Of a DNA stretch of 49,962 bases, positions 24,222-36,225 are shown piece by piece. Location of the stretch: contig ADNK01000455.1 in assembly GCA_000320545.1 (NCBI GenBank), forward strand, positions 1 through 49,962, given 5' to 3'. Positions within the stretch are counted from its first letter, which is position 1. The number at the start of each line of letters is the position of its first letter. Both the position numbers and the translations under genes were made by a program. A model generated the notes under the pieces. It had not been told where the DNA came from, did no database searches, and saw only the letters and a list, made by a program, of their open reading frames with translations. The stretch comes from Bigelowiella natans CCMP2755 (taxonomy: Eukaryota > Protista > Cercozoa).

Positions 24222-26751
24222 TCATAATTTTGACACGGGGAGCTGCTGCTGCTGCTGCCACCAAAAGTCTTCTCCTACATCATCACCACTTCCGTTTTCA
24301 TCAGTACCTTTATTCAAGGAGGCAATGACCGTGTCACTGGCGACAACCCTCCCATTTTTGTGATACTCCTGTACATTCGACTCCCGAACTCGAGCATCGG
24401 TGTTGTATCTGTAGCTTACCATGCACCCCAAGCTTTCATTCATAGCCTTATCCGACGTGTTTGCAAAGCATACGATGCGATGCACCTCAGCACCATTTCC
24501 AACATGGAAGTTGCCGACTTTGTCCAACATTTTTGTCGTGTTTTCAGGTTTCTTGGCAGTGAGCAGGTAACGCGCAAGGAGCCGGAGGAGGATTGGCTGC
24601 ATAGCTTCGCGCAGCTTCTTGTTCCGCCTTCGGGTGTTGTCTCTCACCCAGACAGAATGGCTTGGGCTGATCAGTTTGTGGAAAGCCGCATCGAGTCCCT
24701 TCTGCTTGTCCTCAGGCTTCAATGCCAGAGAGAGCTGTTCACACTCCGACTTTGTAGCGATTTCACTGATGCTGATGGAGCCATGCTTATTGTCGCCTTT
24801 TACCTCTTCTCTGAGCCATTTTTTGAATGAGGGGATGGGGGAGAGGGTAGCGAATGTCGTAGCTTGTGGCAACTCTGAGTGGAGCTGCGCCATCACCTTA
24901 GCCAGCAAGATCTTGCCCACCGACACGCCTGATAGGCCATCCCGAATAGAAGATATCGAGTAAAAGATGCAATGGCTTGAGGCGCCCTCTTCCTGCCTCT
25001 CATTTCCTAGTATTTCTTCAATGTTGGCGGGTATGTCGTTGCACAGCGCAACGCTAACGAATGAAATTATGTAGTCTTGATGCGCTTTGGGGTGATAAAG
25101 TCCATATATTCTTCGGTGCGAGCCATCCTGGACCCTGAGATAAAGAACATTTTGGATGTGAAACGACAATGTTGGCAATGCATGCATGTAGCAAATCGGG
25201 GATCTCAATCCGGTCGTAATTTGTTTCGGAGATGTACACGCATACCTGTGTTTCAGTGGGCGTTGAAAAGTGATAGGGTGAACCCTTTCTGTTTCCTCGA
25301 TTATTCTATGAATCTGCCTTTTCTTATACACTAGAGGAGGGACTCTCTTTATCGTAAGTGTGTGCTCATTGAACAGCAGTTGGAACGAGGCTAAGAGCTC
25401 ATTACCCAAGCGATGGAACAGTGATTTCAGCTCCTTTTCCGACTGTGATCTTTCTTCCTTCAGTAGCTGCTCGGTGCATGGGAAGGTGAGAGGAGGTGAT
25501 CTTTCAGTGCATCCGCACACACACACACACACACACTCACTCACTCACTCACTAACGCAGCAACAGCAGCAGAAGCTGAAAATAATGCACACAGTTCATG
25601 CCACAAAGCACAGCACTGCGTTCTTTCAACTCGCATTAAAATCGGGAATAGCAACCTCATCATTTCTATCGAACGATGGAAATAGACGGAGAAGTTACAA
25701 GCGTTGGCACTTATATTGTATCAAAGCTTGGTTAACTCCATCAGGGCACCTTCTTTATCTTCGTTTGCACTCATCATTTTTGTATTTAACGGACAACGAC
25801 TAACTCACCGATTTGAGAAATGCGCGCTTCTTTAGTGCCTGGCGCATAGAAATAAGCTCTACCAGTGATCCGCTCTCTGCTAGACTCCGGAAAAGAGCCT
25901 GAAGCGACTCCTCTGGTAGTTCTCCTGTGCAGAGACGCGCATGAATATTTGCATGAAATAGTATGTGTCGGTGGTTAGTGTGCTCAAAATTATTGCAAGA
26001 ACCGATCCTTCGAAGGCATTTGTTAAGCTCACTAGCATTTCCCATGAACCGCTCGCGAAGATGTTTTTTTAGCTCCCTAGCGTTCTCATCCCATCCCTTC
26101 TTGCCGGTAGCATCAGACACTAACTGCAAAATAAGCCTCTTTATTCAGGTGAGGAAACTATGCCTTCAAAAGCGAGAATCGTTGGGTTATTTTATCACGT
26201 AATAAATACCAGTGAAAGGACAACATTTGACTCTCTACAGCGATTAAATACACATCACTCGGAACAACAGTATGGACACCCCACCAAAAACCGAGAGCTA
26301 TCTGTGAGTGGAACAACCGTGGATTTGTTGCGAGCATGAGTGTATCCGGTGCTCCATCGTTTGCGAGGAGGAAGATGGAACGTGACATTTGCGACATCTC
26401 TCCTTGAAGAGGGGAGGGAATGATGGAGCTGGCGCATTGGTGGGCGAGGAATGATATCAGTGGCGATGGCAGTAGCATGGGTTTGCAGGAACAGGACAGG
26501 AGGATAGAACGACGATATCCATCGCCTACAATACACCAAATCATAATCAGACTTACAATATCTTCCTCCTTTTAAGTGAGTCTCGACGCATAGAGAAGTG
26601 ACCACAAAAAAAGGCACTGAGTTCGGCAATTGTGGCTAGTGGCGACGGTTGTAGTATTCACACTACAAAACAGGTTTTCCAATCGTTCGATTGTTTGCAG
26701 GCACCTGCAGACACGGTGCTTCCACCTGCGCCCCAGAGCCTGTGCCAGCAT
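24222..26751 (-). CDS. MLYCD: Malonyl-CoA decarboxylase with Arg-rich N-terminal presequence and C-terminal PTS1 (SKL)
   Basis: Motifs IFYSISS, GLSGVSVG, FATLSPIP (catalytic Ser), LDKVGNFHVGNGA (catalytic His) and SLGCMVSYRY. Ends LPVSKL*. Proposed 5' exons read MLAQALGRRWKHRVCR|RWISSF. Confidence 0.9.
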
Positions 26752-27366
26752 CACCCACCAAAGTATCTTCTATTGTTTGGAATCGATTTACTACGATCGT
26801 AGCCCACCCTACTGATGAGCAACTACGAGCAGATCCCTTATGATGATGATCTTTATGTGCCCGGGGCCTTGGGACAAGCAGGGGTTGCTCGCCTCTCAGA
26901 CTGATGTTAATAATCATAGAAATAAAATGATGTCGCAGGTCAGGAATCTCACTTGTTTCTAAAAGTTCAAACTACGCCAAGAAGAGCACCGGTCCAGAAA
27001 AGGTAATTTCCCCTATTCTACGTCCTGGCAGTCTGGCAGTCCTGACACTAAACTCGCCAAACGATTCGGTATTTTGTATCGAGACAATGCAAATGTCAGT
27101 GAAATTTCCAAAGACTGCAGATCGATGCCCCCTCGCGCTTTTTTTGATCAAAACACGTCAGCAGTTCCACACGATTGGGCATTTTAAGACACAACGGTTG
27201 GAGTAAAATGGTACGGATACGTGAATTTCTGTGGTTTTCCCTATATATAATTATCAATATGTTGTCGCTTATGGGATTTGAGATATCTGGTAACGATCTG
27301 GTGGGCTGCCGACGTGTACAAAGTGGGAGTACCCAAAATTCAAACGTGGCCTTACCGCGGTCAGCC

Positions 27367-28286
27367 ATGGCCAATGAGTGTGAGGAGGAGGACACAAAGG
27401 CTATATTCCGAAGCTACTTAGCGATGACCAGCCCTGCGAATGATAACATGGGCATAGTTTCAGGAGCTCTGGACAAAAACATGGTAGAGTTGCGATGACA
27501 TGATATACGAAATGGTACGGATTTTTCTTGATTGATTGGTCTCGATACGATACAATAGGAACAGTCACCGAAGAGACAGAAGGTTTATGCCGGAAACTGC
27601 TCTGCTATCGATTCTGATTATGAACACGATTACTCAAGTGATGATGATGATGATGATGAGGAGGAGGAGGTAGAGGATGAAATTGGAGATCCTGCATTGG
27701 AAGAGAAGGTAGGGCATGAAAGCTAATTATATTTTCCTATCTTTACATTCTAACCTTCCACAATGCCTCTTACATTCTTTTAAATCTGCTCCTTGTCTGT
27801 ATTGTTCAGACTCGTCGATTGGAATCTATTTTAGCTGAGCTCAGCAATAGAAACAACGAGCTCGAGCAGCGAGTCAAAACCCTTGAAAGCCAACAAAATG
27901 AGTTGAGAGAACAAGCCATAACGACTGAAAAACAACATAGGTCTAGCTGGAAATTCAACACTCCGCCAAAAATCTCTGCATTTTTTGTTCAGCTGTGGTT
28001 CCTAACCTGCGCAACTGCAAGTTTTGGCAAAACCTCACAGAACATTACCGATAAATCCTTCCGGTTCTATCGATCAAGTTTAGATTTGACCAGCCTCAGA
28101 AAGCTTTATGGCATGATGAACTCTCTGCAGAAGAGTTATCTTGCGATGAAATTGAGGGAGGAGGACTTGCTATTAATTTTGTTTGCTTTCTTGGTTCGAC
28201 AAGAGAAAGTTGCAGAATTAATACCCAAGGATGTGATCGCTTCTGGAGATTCTTCGATGAGAGGCAAGAAGCGACACCGAGATTGA
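27367..28286 (+). CDS. Hypothetical acidic/coiled-coil protein (about 3 exons)
   Basis: MANECEEED..., then an exon with a poly-D/E tract (27640-27708), then a terminal exon with heptads LAELSNRNNELEQRVKTLESQQNELRE. Canonical GT-AG borders. Confidence 0.55.
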
Positions 28287-28449
28287 TAATTTTAGGTTAT
28301 GGGGTGCTATTGAAAGCCAATAATGCAGCGCTTTCATTAATGCAACTTTCATTGACAATGTGCAGGTAATGAAGCCTCTGATGTACAGAACAGCTTATTT
28401 TCATGAGTAGAACTTATTTTACTACAAATCTTAAATTGAAGGCATCAAA

Positions 28450-29040
28450 TATTCCTGTCGTACGCTGTGCTGCGCTACGTCCGTGCGTGTGCTAGAGCTT
28501 GCGCTGCACGTAGATGCCGCTCACGATGTTCCAACTGAACACTGTACTACGTACGATACACACAGACACATCATCTATCTCTAGATCTAGCTACAAGACG
28601 GATGTAATTAATCAACTATAAATTTGCTCAATAGTCATCCTTGTGTAGCTGTGCAGCAATACAGGGGCTACAGCGCTAATGTTGAATCTGTTGGTCTCAA
28701 TAGATGTGTGCATGATCGATGTCTAGATGTCATCACTCGCCATGCAAAACTGTTTTACTGTACTTCGTACTTATATGCGGTAGCATGCATGCTGCTATAG
28801 CGTCACACGCCCGCCCTAGATGGAAGTGCTAGTTGATTCTAGAAATAGCGTGCGCCCATATGCATTAGCCAGACATAGTCTAGATATCATAGATATGTAG
28901 TTGCGCTCATCGTAGTCTAGTAGTGACTCATGCACCAAGCAAATGAATACTAGAGTCCAGGAATAATGCATTCGGATTCTCGAGGATGACAAATAACAAA
29001 TAGCACCTTTCACACCACAACAGGAGGCACATCTAGTGAT
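28450..29040. other. Palindrome-rich spacer element 5 (convergent 3' ends)
   Basis: Repeated TCTAGA/CTAG, ATGTCTAGAT 28719-28728, TAGCATGCATGC near 28781. Confidence 0.7.
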
Positions 29041-29133
29041 TTATAAGTTGCGTATGTAAATTGTACGAATATTTAGCAACATTTACATTGAGATTTACAG
29101 CTGCGATCATGCATTTGCATTATTATTATTCCT

Positions 29134-31380
29134 CTAAGCTGCAACTGGTTCTTCAGCGGCAGCAGCCTCGTTTTCATCAGCTACATCTGTTGCCTCTGCC
29201 TCTGCTGCCTCTGCTTCTGCTGCTGCAGCTACAGCTGCCATTGCTTCTTCTTTTTCCTTCGCAGCTAGTGCCTTCTCAAGTTCATCCCTTTCCTGGAAGT
29301 TTGCTCCAAACTCTGTGTTTACACGCTCTCTGAGTACAGCCTTAGCATTGTCAGACATAACAATCCCTGCAGCAGCGAAAGCTCCTCCAATTTGAGTCAT
29401 AAACGGAGCCTCATCGTATGGCTGAGCAGCAGTTGCAATCACACGGCCAGGGTTGCTGTTAACTTTGAGAACTTGCTCGAAGTAAGAACTTGTCCACGCC
29501 CACCAGGACGACCACCTAAGGAAAAAATAACAAATTAATTCGATAAATCATTTTGTCGTCTTATTGCGAAAGTGTCATTTACCTTGGTCGTCACGCTTTG
29601 GTTTCTCAGCAACAGTTGCGGGGTCCACAAGTGTGAGAGAAAGTTTCCCATCTCTGACATTCGCCTGCAGCACAGCACACTCGATTGTTTGCCCCATCGA
29701 CATCACACTTTCGACGCGATCGATGCGGCCTTCAGCCATGTAAGAAATAGGAAGAAGCCCGCGAACTCCATCCTCGAGTTGAATGAATGCTCCGTATGGT
29801 TCAATGCCGACTACTTCTCCCTTAATCTTGTCTTCGAACTTCATGTCGGCGTACTTCGTGATGTCCTGTTTCTGCCGTGGTTTGCGTGCTGATGAAGATC
29901 TGAAAACCGTTGGAAGATGTGTTGATTAATAACAATAACAATAAACCAGTTTTAAAAATAGTCTTGCTACGAAAACATTATTACCCTTCTTCGCGCTGGG
30001 AGAGGGTGATTTTGCCATTTTCGGTATCAACTCCAGAGATTCTTACAGTGACCGAGTCGCCTTCCTTCAGGACATCGTTAATGTTTTCCACGAATCCTTC
30101 CATTTGTGAGATGTGCAGTAGACCGTCCTTCTCGGCACCGATGTCTACAAAAGCCCCAAAACTAGCGACGTTTCGAATTTTCCCCTCAATCGTTTGGCCG
30201 ACGGGGAGCTCCGATAGAGTCGTCCTGGCGGCCTTGTTCGCCTCAAGAGACAGTTTTTGACTTGTTGCGTCAACAGACTTAATCTGTTTTCGATTAGTTT
30301 ATTTAAATAATCAGAATGATCAAGTACACGCCATGTAGAAGTATGTACGTATGTATGTGTGTAAATCCACCTTGACTTCGATCTCATCGCCTACGCTTAC
30401 GAACTTCGAAGCATCAGGAATGTAACCAGCCTCTCCCAAATCGGAAACGTGTAGCAAACCATCCTAGTATATAAAACGAAGATACCAAAGGTTAACACCA
30501 GTTGTGCCAATTGAAAAACACATAGAGAGTTGGATCATCGGTCGATATTTTTTAAGAACTATTACTAGAAACATAGTTCCAACACAATATTCAAATAACG
30601 CAAGAGGTTACAAAAGAGGTTACCTTCTCTGCTCCGATGTCAACGAATGCTCCAAAATTTACGACTCCTTTGACGCGACCCTAAAAAGATTGGGAACACC
30701 ATCTCACACTTGCGAAAGCACGTTGTAGCCAATTCAAGCTTGTTCGTGAGCATGACGAACCTTATACACATCTCCGACGACAAGCTGATCAAGAGCCAGC
30801 GCACTTGATGCTTCTTCCACTGAATTTTCCAACGGCGCTACGGCGCCCTCTGACACCTCTTCTTCCGCTCGGATCTGCCAACGAGGTACCTGTTGTTTTG
30901 GCGAAACTACGTCAGATCTACCGCCCATGTGGTTCAACTCTTTTTGCGGGGCGATCCGTGTAATAAATGTTAGATGATTGGTAATGACTATCCTAAGTGT
31001 AGAATCACCTGCCGTTGTAGTCTGGATATGGTCCTTGAAGAATATTGGTTTTGGCAGCCAATTCGTGAGGTCATTGATGGGAAGAGGTAGGTAGGAGTGG
31101 AAGCATGTGAGACTACACTTCTTCCTACGCCCGCTCCAAGCCTATTCGATGTCATCACTAGAACTGCGATGCTGAAAATTGCTCCCATCGCGATAAGCAG
31201 CCCTGAATAGATCCGACAACACAAACAGAAAAGAATAAGTGCGCCAGATTTAGCGTGTTGCTTTCCGCAGATGTTCGATGCAATCGATATCGTGTTTCTC
31301 TTTGTGTTGTGAAGATTACCCGAGAGGTATTGCTTGTTCTGCGAGTGGGATCTCGCGTTAATTATATGATACTGATGCAT
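29134..31380 (-). CDS. Plastid-targeted protein with three S1 RNA-binding domains (PSRP-7/bS1-like)
   Basis: Leader LLIAMGAIFSIAVLVMTSNRL plus an S/R-rich transit region. S1 repeats: GRVKGVVNFGAFVDIGAER|DGLLHVS, GKIRNVASFGAFVDIGAEKDGLLHISQM, GEVVGIEPYGAFIQLEDGVRGLLPIS. A/E-rich tail. Frame problem near 29480. Confidence 0.82.
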
Positions 31381-31844
31381 TCTTTGGTGCCGGAGGGGAG
31401 GGGGGGTTCGAATTCGGCCCAAGACTGTATGGCACTCTGCGGGTCTCAGATGCCGAGGAATTTTCCAACTAGACGCGGAGGATAGCGTGTCGCATATAGG
31501 ATATATCCTATGATTTGAAAAGTAGACTCGGAGCGGCCCGCGAGTAAATTAAAAAAGCGCGTTAAAACCCAGGAAACCCATGCGAACTCACACAGAAATT
31601 TCGCCAAGCTGGATAACCCTTTCGAATTATTAGACTGCGACAACATGCGCATTTTTATGTTCAAATACACGATAATTATTGTCGTTGTGAGAGGAAGGCT
31701 TCCTCTTTGCTCCAGTCTTCGAACCATTTACACATCAGCACCATAAAAACAGGTGGAGGATTTGTAATTGTGTCAAAGAGCGGTAGCGAAGCTTTCTCGT
31801 GTGACCCTCCCCTTGCACTTCCAAGGAAAATTTATTCGGGAAAG

Positions 31845-33282
31845 ATGTCCAGTTCGATGGTGAATCTTGTCGTCAAAAATCTATTCGGTGCGTCTCCAAC
31901 TAACTGAAAATGCATTATGGAAGGAAATTTTGAATCTAGAGGAATAATTTTCATCCTACTTGTCGATATTATTTAAAGGTCCGGCAGAGGATATCATGTT
32001 GGAAGTTAAGAAAGACATGACAGTCCTAGGATTGAAAGAAATGCTGAGTCACGAGTGCAAATCGCGTCCGGTCATTCATGATCAACAAATTGTGCATTAC
32101 GGGAGGCTACTGAAGGACGATTCCCATCTGGGATCTATCCCGTTGGAGGTAATTCATTCATAACTAGATAACGGAAAGTCACCCTTATCCCAAGAAACGC
32201 TAACCTAGTTGAATGTGGTAACAAAGGGGTTCCAGCCACTAGTTCTTCATCTCATTGTCAAAGGAGACACCCTCCGAGGGATTCTAAATAGCTCACACTA
32301 CAACAGTCCTGGATATGCCAACTCTCATATTGCCCCCGTCATAAGTTTGCCGTCAATGGTATGCAAAAAAGTTATTGCTTCAAAATTTCTTTTTTAATTT
32401 TGGATATTTGGATGGAATATTTAAGCGGAACTTAAAACTCACACGCAGGTCCAGGCAATTCCCGTCTTTCCAACTTGCGCTGCTCCTACAATATCTTCAA
32501 ATCCCTTCCATCAAATTAGTACCACAGCAGTCAACCTGGGCCCTTCAGCAAACCTAAACCCGTCTCCCGAAAACGAGAACCAACATCATCACCATCATCA
32601 TCACATTAATAGAGTGCACGACGAGGACCAGCAGCCCGTGGAACAACCACCGCCGGCACGGAGGCCGGTCTGGTTTGCAAGCTTCATAAACCTGAAATTA
32701 GTTGGAAAGCTCCTCGTCCTTATATTTTTATTCGGGCAAGGTGAATTTCCCCCAAAATATTTTGGTTGGGCACAATCTGACTTAAGAGTATCCTTATTCA
32801 GACGGAGACTCGACGCGGCTGATAATGCTCAGTGTCGCAGCTGTTATCACATACTTGTACAGTTTCTTCACTCGTGCTTCCTTTGCTCGGGTTTCACTAA
32901 GCTTGAGCAATATCTTAGGTATCACATTGGGTTCTTCGGGTACATCTTAGGAATCTCCAGAAACCCGCAGAATAGGGGCAATCCGATCAACGCGAATATA
33001 CCGCAGAATAATGTACACTAGTGTAGAATTATATGCGAGCTATAGGTGAACGATGCACCCGTATAACAATTTTGACATCCTATCACTCAGGACGATGTAG
33101 GCGGGGCAAATACCAATCAGCCGCAAAATTTGAGTTACATTGCTTGCGTAGAAAGGTTCTCCCTGCTTTTAACTTAAAAAGCAGCTTTGAATGATACTAA
33201 TGGGGTACATGTTTGGTTCAGATTCATCGTTGGGTTTTTTGCTTCTTTGATTCCATCTTGGAGACCGGCCGCGACTTTGTAG
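31845..33282 (+). CDS. HERP/HERPUD-like ERAD protein (N-terminal ubiquitin-like domain, C-terminal membrane region)
   Basis: UBL motifs MTVLGLKEML...QQIVHYGRLLKD...VLHLIVK. C-terminal LKLVGKLLVLIFLFGQ|DGDSTRLIML...YL|YHIG and FIVGFFASLIPSW, typical of HERP proteins. Confidence 0.78.
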
Positions 33283-33509
33283 AAAATTTTAGTAACTATG
33301 GGTTAGATCTTGAAAACTGTAAAATTGAAAAAAAGTGTAGTAGAATATAGGAGAAGTACAGAATCTAAAAAGGTGCGCATAGCAGTAATATTAATTGCTA
33401 AAAGTCGTGAATAGCGAAATTTCAAAACAGATTAATTTTCGGCGATGATAGATGCGAAAAATCGGTGCGAGAACCGGTGAAGTTATATATATCGGATTAG
33501 TAAATTTGC

Positions 33510-33960
33510 ATTGTGAGCACAGTCGAGGCCACCTGTTCCATGCCGTCAAAATTGAATGCACTAGCTACCGCGCGCGTGAGCTGTGGTGCATCTGTACGTT
33601 GCGTGGCATGTCACTGGGCGTACGTGCGACGATATAACGATGGTATAGACAGTGCTGCAGTGGCTTGACGCGCGCACATCGCTGGGGTGCTGCAGTGCTA
33701 GTCCCTATACTAGCGTGTATGCAGCATGTGGTATACATCTAGACATCGACCACGTACTACTGTTGATAGCATGCTAGCATGTCTCTATACCGCTACGGCC
33801 GTCGTACACCGCGCACTCGGCGAAGCGCTCTGTACGTTCTAGCGTTCTCGTAGCATGGATACACATTACACATGCTTGTTATGGTAATCTAGTGATGGAT
33901 ATGCGCGTTGCGTTGCCGCAGCCCACTGGTGCAGCCAAGCACCACGCAGGCTGGCTAGGG
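33510..33960. other. Palindrome-rich spacer element 6 (convergent 3' ends)
   Basis: ATCTAGACAT 33737-33746, CATGCTAGCATG 33770-33781. Confidence 0.75.
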
Positions 33961-34222
33961 TAAATGTAGTTATTGATCTATTCCTTATAAAATATGACAA
34001 ATATGACTGCCCGCGACTGTAGCTTCAATTTTCCGCAATACATCTTTCTCAACACACGACACCGTTCATATCGGAAGATTGGAACCCTCGTATGTATGTT
34101 ACTTTAATTAAGATCGGGATCGAGAGTCAGGGAGTTGGATCATCGCAAAGAGCACGTTTAGTGTATGGCTAGGCTTTTTGGCAACACGACCGATTTTCTG
34201 AGTGCACAAACTGTTGTCACCG

Positions 34223-34254
<32 letters not shown>

Positions 34255-34324
34255 TATCCACAGCCAATAAGCGATTCCTCCGTGCAAGCACCTTGCAAGG
34301 ATAATAATATATTATCTACCTGCT

Positions 34325-35440
34325 TCATGCCTCAAACCCATAGTCCTTTGCTAAAAAACGGTCCTCTGGAAAGAATCTTGCTTCGACCAGGTTTTCAGAG
34401 AATCTTCTGCCATGCAATGTTGCTCTGGCTCTTGCTGCATCCTCCTAATATGAGAAGGACAAACGCAAATCTGTGCAAGCAATCTACCACCATCAAATGA
34501 AAACCACTGCACCTTTGTTGCGTACTGCAAAAAGACTTTGCCCAGGCCAGGAACGCCGCCTTCGTCCTCATCCTCGGAATTGTCCTGAGAAGACGAGGAG
34601 GAGAATTAGACTCTCAAACATGCTGCATAAACGTCATCATTACCAGACGATACATAAGAAACACATCTTAGTCACATGGTTGACGACGCACAGATCAATT
34701 GCAACATAAAACCGGTGTCATCCGCACACAGAAACATACATAATTGAATGATACTCCGGACGAAGAAGGCATCCACACCACAAAACTCTGCTGGAAAAAT
34801 AACATCTAAGCGTTCGTGTCTTCTTACCTCATCGTCGTCAAAATCCTGTCCTCCCGCCCTGCAAACAATTCAGATAATGATGATTGTGAGTGGCAAAAAT
34901 TAGCTGCATCCACGTACGCATCTTTCTCGGTGCAGGTAGAATCAAACGAACCACCTTGGAATCACTACGTCCACGAGATGCCCGAATTTGTTGCACTCGT
35001 CCCCGATCTCGTTTCTAATCTCTTGGTACTCCTGTTATTATTGCATGGACATGCACTACTACTCAGCAAACGAAGAAGACAATCTTGCAACGATGTCTGT
35101 GGTGGTGATGGGGCGAGAGGGACCATACACGAATGGAATCGTGAATAAGTGGACGCAAGTTTCATCTCAAAGTGAAGTATATCTACTGTAGGTGCGTGCG
35201 TGCGTGCGTGCGTGTATGTGTGTGTGTCATTACTACGTGTCTGTACAAATCCACGAAAACACATACGCTCACGAACACGTTTTCGAGAAAAGACTATAGC
35301 TGCTTCTTTAAGGATGATGGGGTTGTTGAAGGGGGGGGGACTACGTACGTCATCTTCCACGAGATCATGGGGATTGATCATATTCAGCAGGACGAGAATA
35401 GGAGATGCTTCTTTGGCCGCCGCAGCATTTTCTGCAGGAG

Positions 35441-35482
<42 letters not shown>

Positions 35483-35857
35483 TATAATATAAAAATCGTA
35501 ACATCATCATTTGTGACATCATCAAGTATTAGCGATCAATAAGCATCTACATGCGTAGTGCAGCTTACAGGCAGCAGCAAAACCAAGGAATGTTCTCTAA
35601 AAGCGCAAATAGGACAATATATGCTTCCCCCCCAACAACGAAGCTTTATATAATATCTACTTGATGTGAGGCTACAACCTGTGGACTTCTGTTCGGGTGC
35701 CCCCGCCCCTTTCATAGCAAGTACAGCAGCAGTTGCTGCTGCCGCTCTCCGTTTGGCCTCCGCAATCTTTTGCACGACACTCTGTGGTATTGGCTTTTTG
35801 TAAATAACGACCACAATCACAGCAAGACTATTCTCTCGTCTTAGTATTCTACACATC

Positions 35858-35899
<42 letters not shown>

Positions 35900-36193
35900 T
35901 TCAACTAGAAAAAGAAATAGAGAAAAAGAAAGGAAAAACCTTTAGCAAATATGTTTCATGAAATGATACTAAGCACGTGTACTACTGTTAATACCTGGGG
36001 GACGGGGGGTGGATTTGCGGGCCTACGACAAGAATATGTATATGCACACACGCACACCCGCACACACAAAAACGTGAAATGCTGTTTTCATCACATGATA
36101 TCTATGGATCTAGCCCCCAGTTGATGAACGCGTTTATGGGTTAAGTGATCATAGAATATGACGGCTCTATTGAGGATAGATGCATATATACGT

Positions 36194-36225
<32 letters not shown>

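Noticed and set aside
29476-29489. 14-nt GT-AG micro-intron
   Set aside because: It is shorter than known spliceosomal introns and than all other introns here. An indel error or an alternative acceptor is more plausible.
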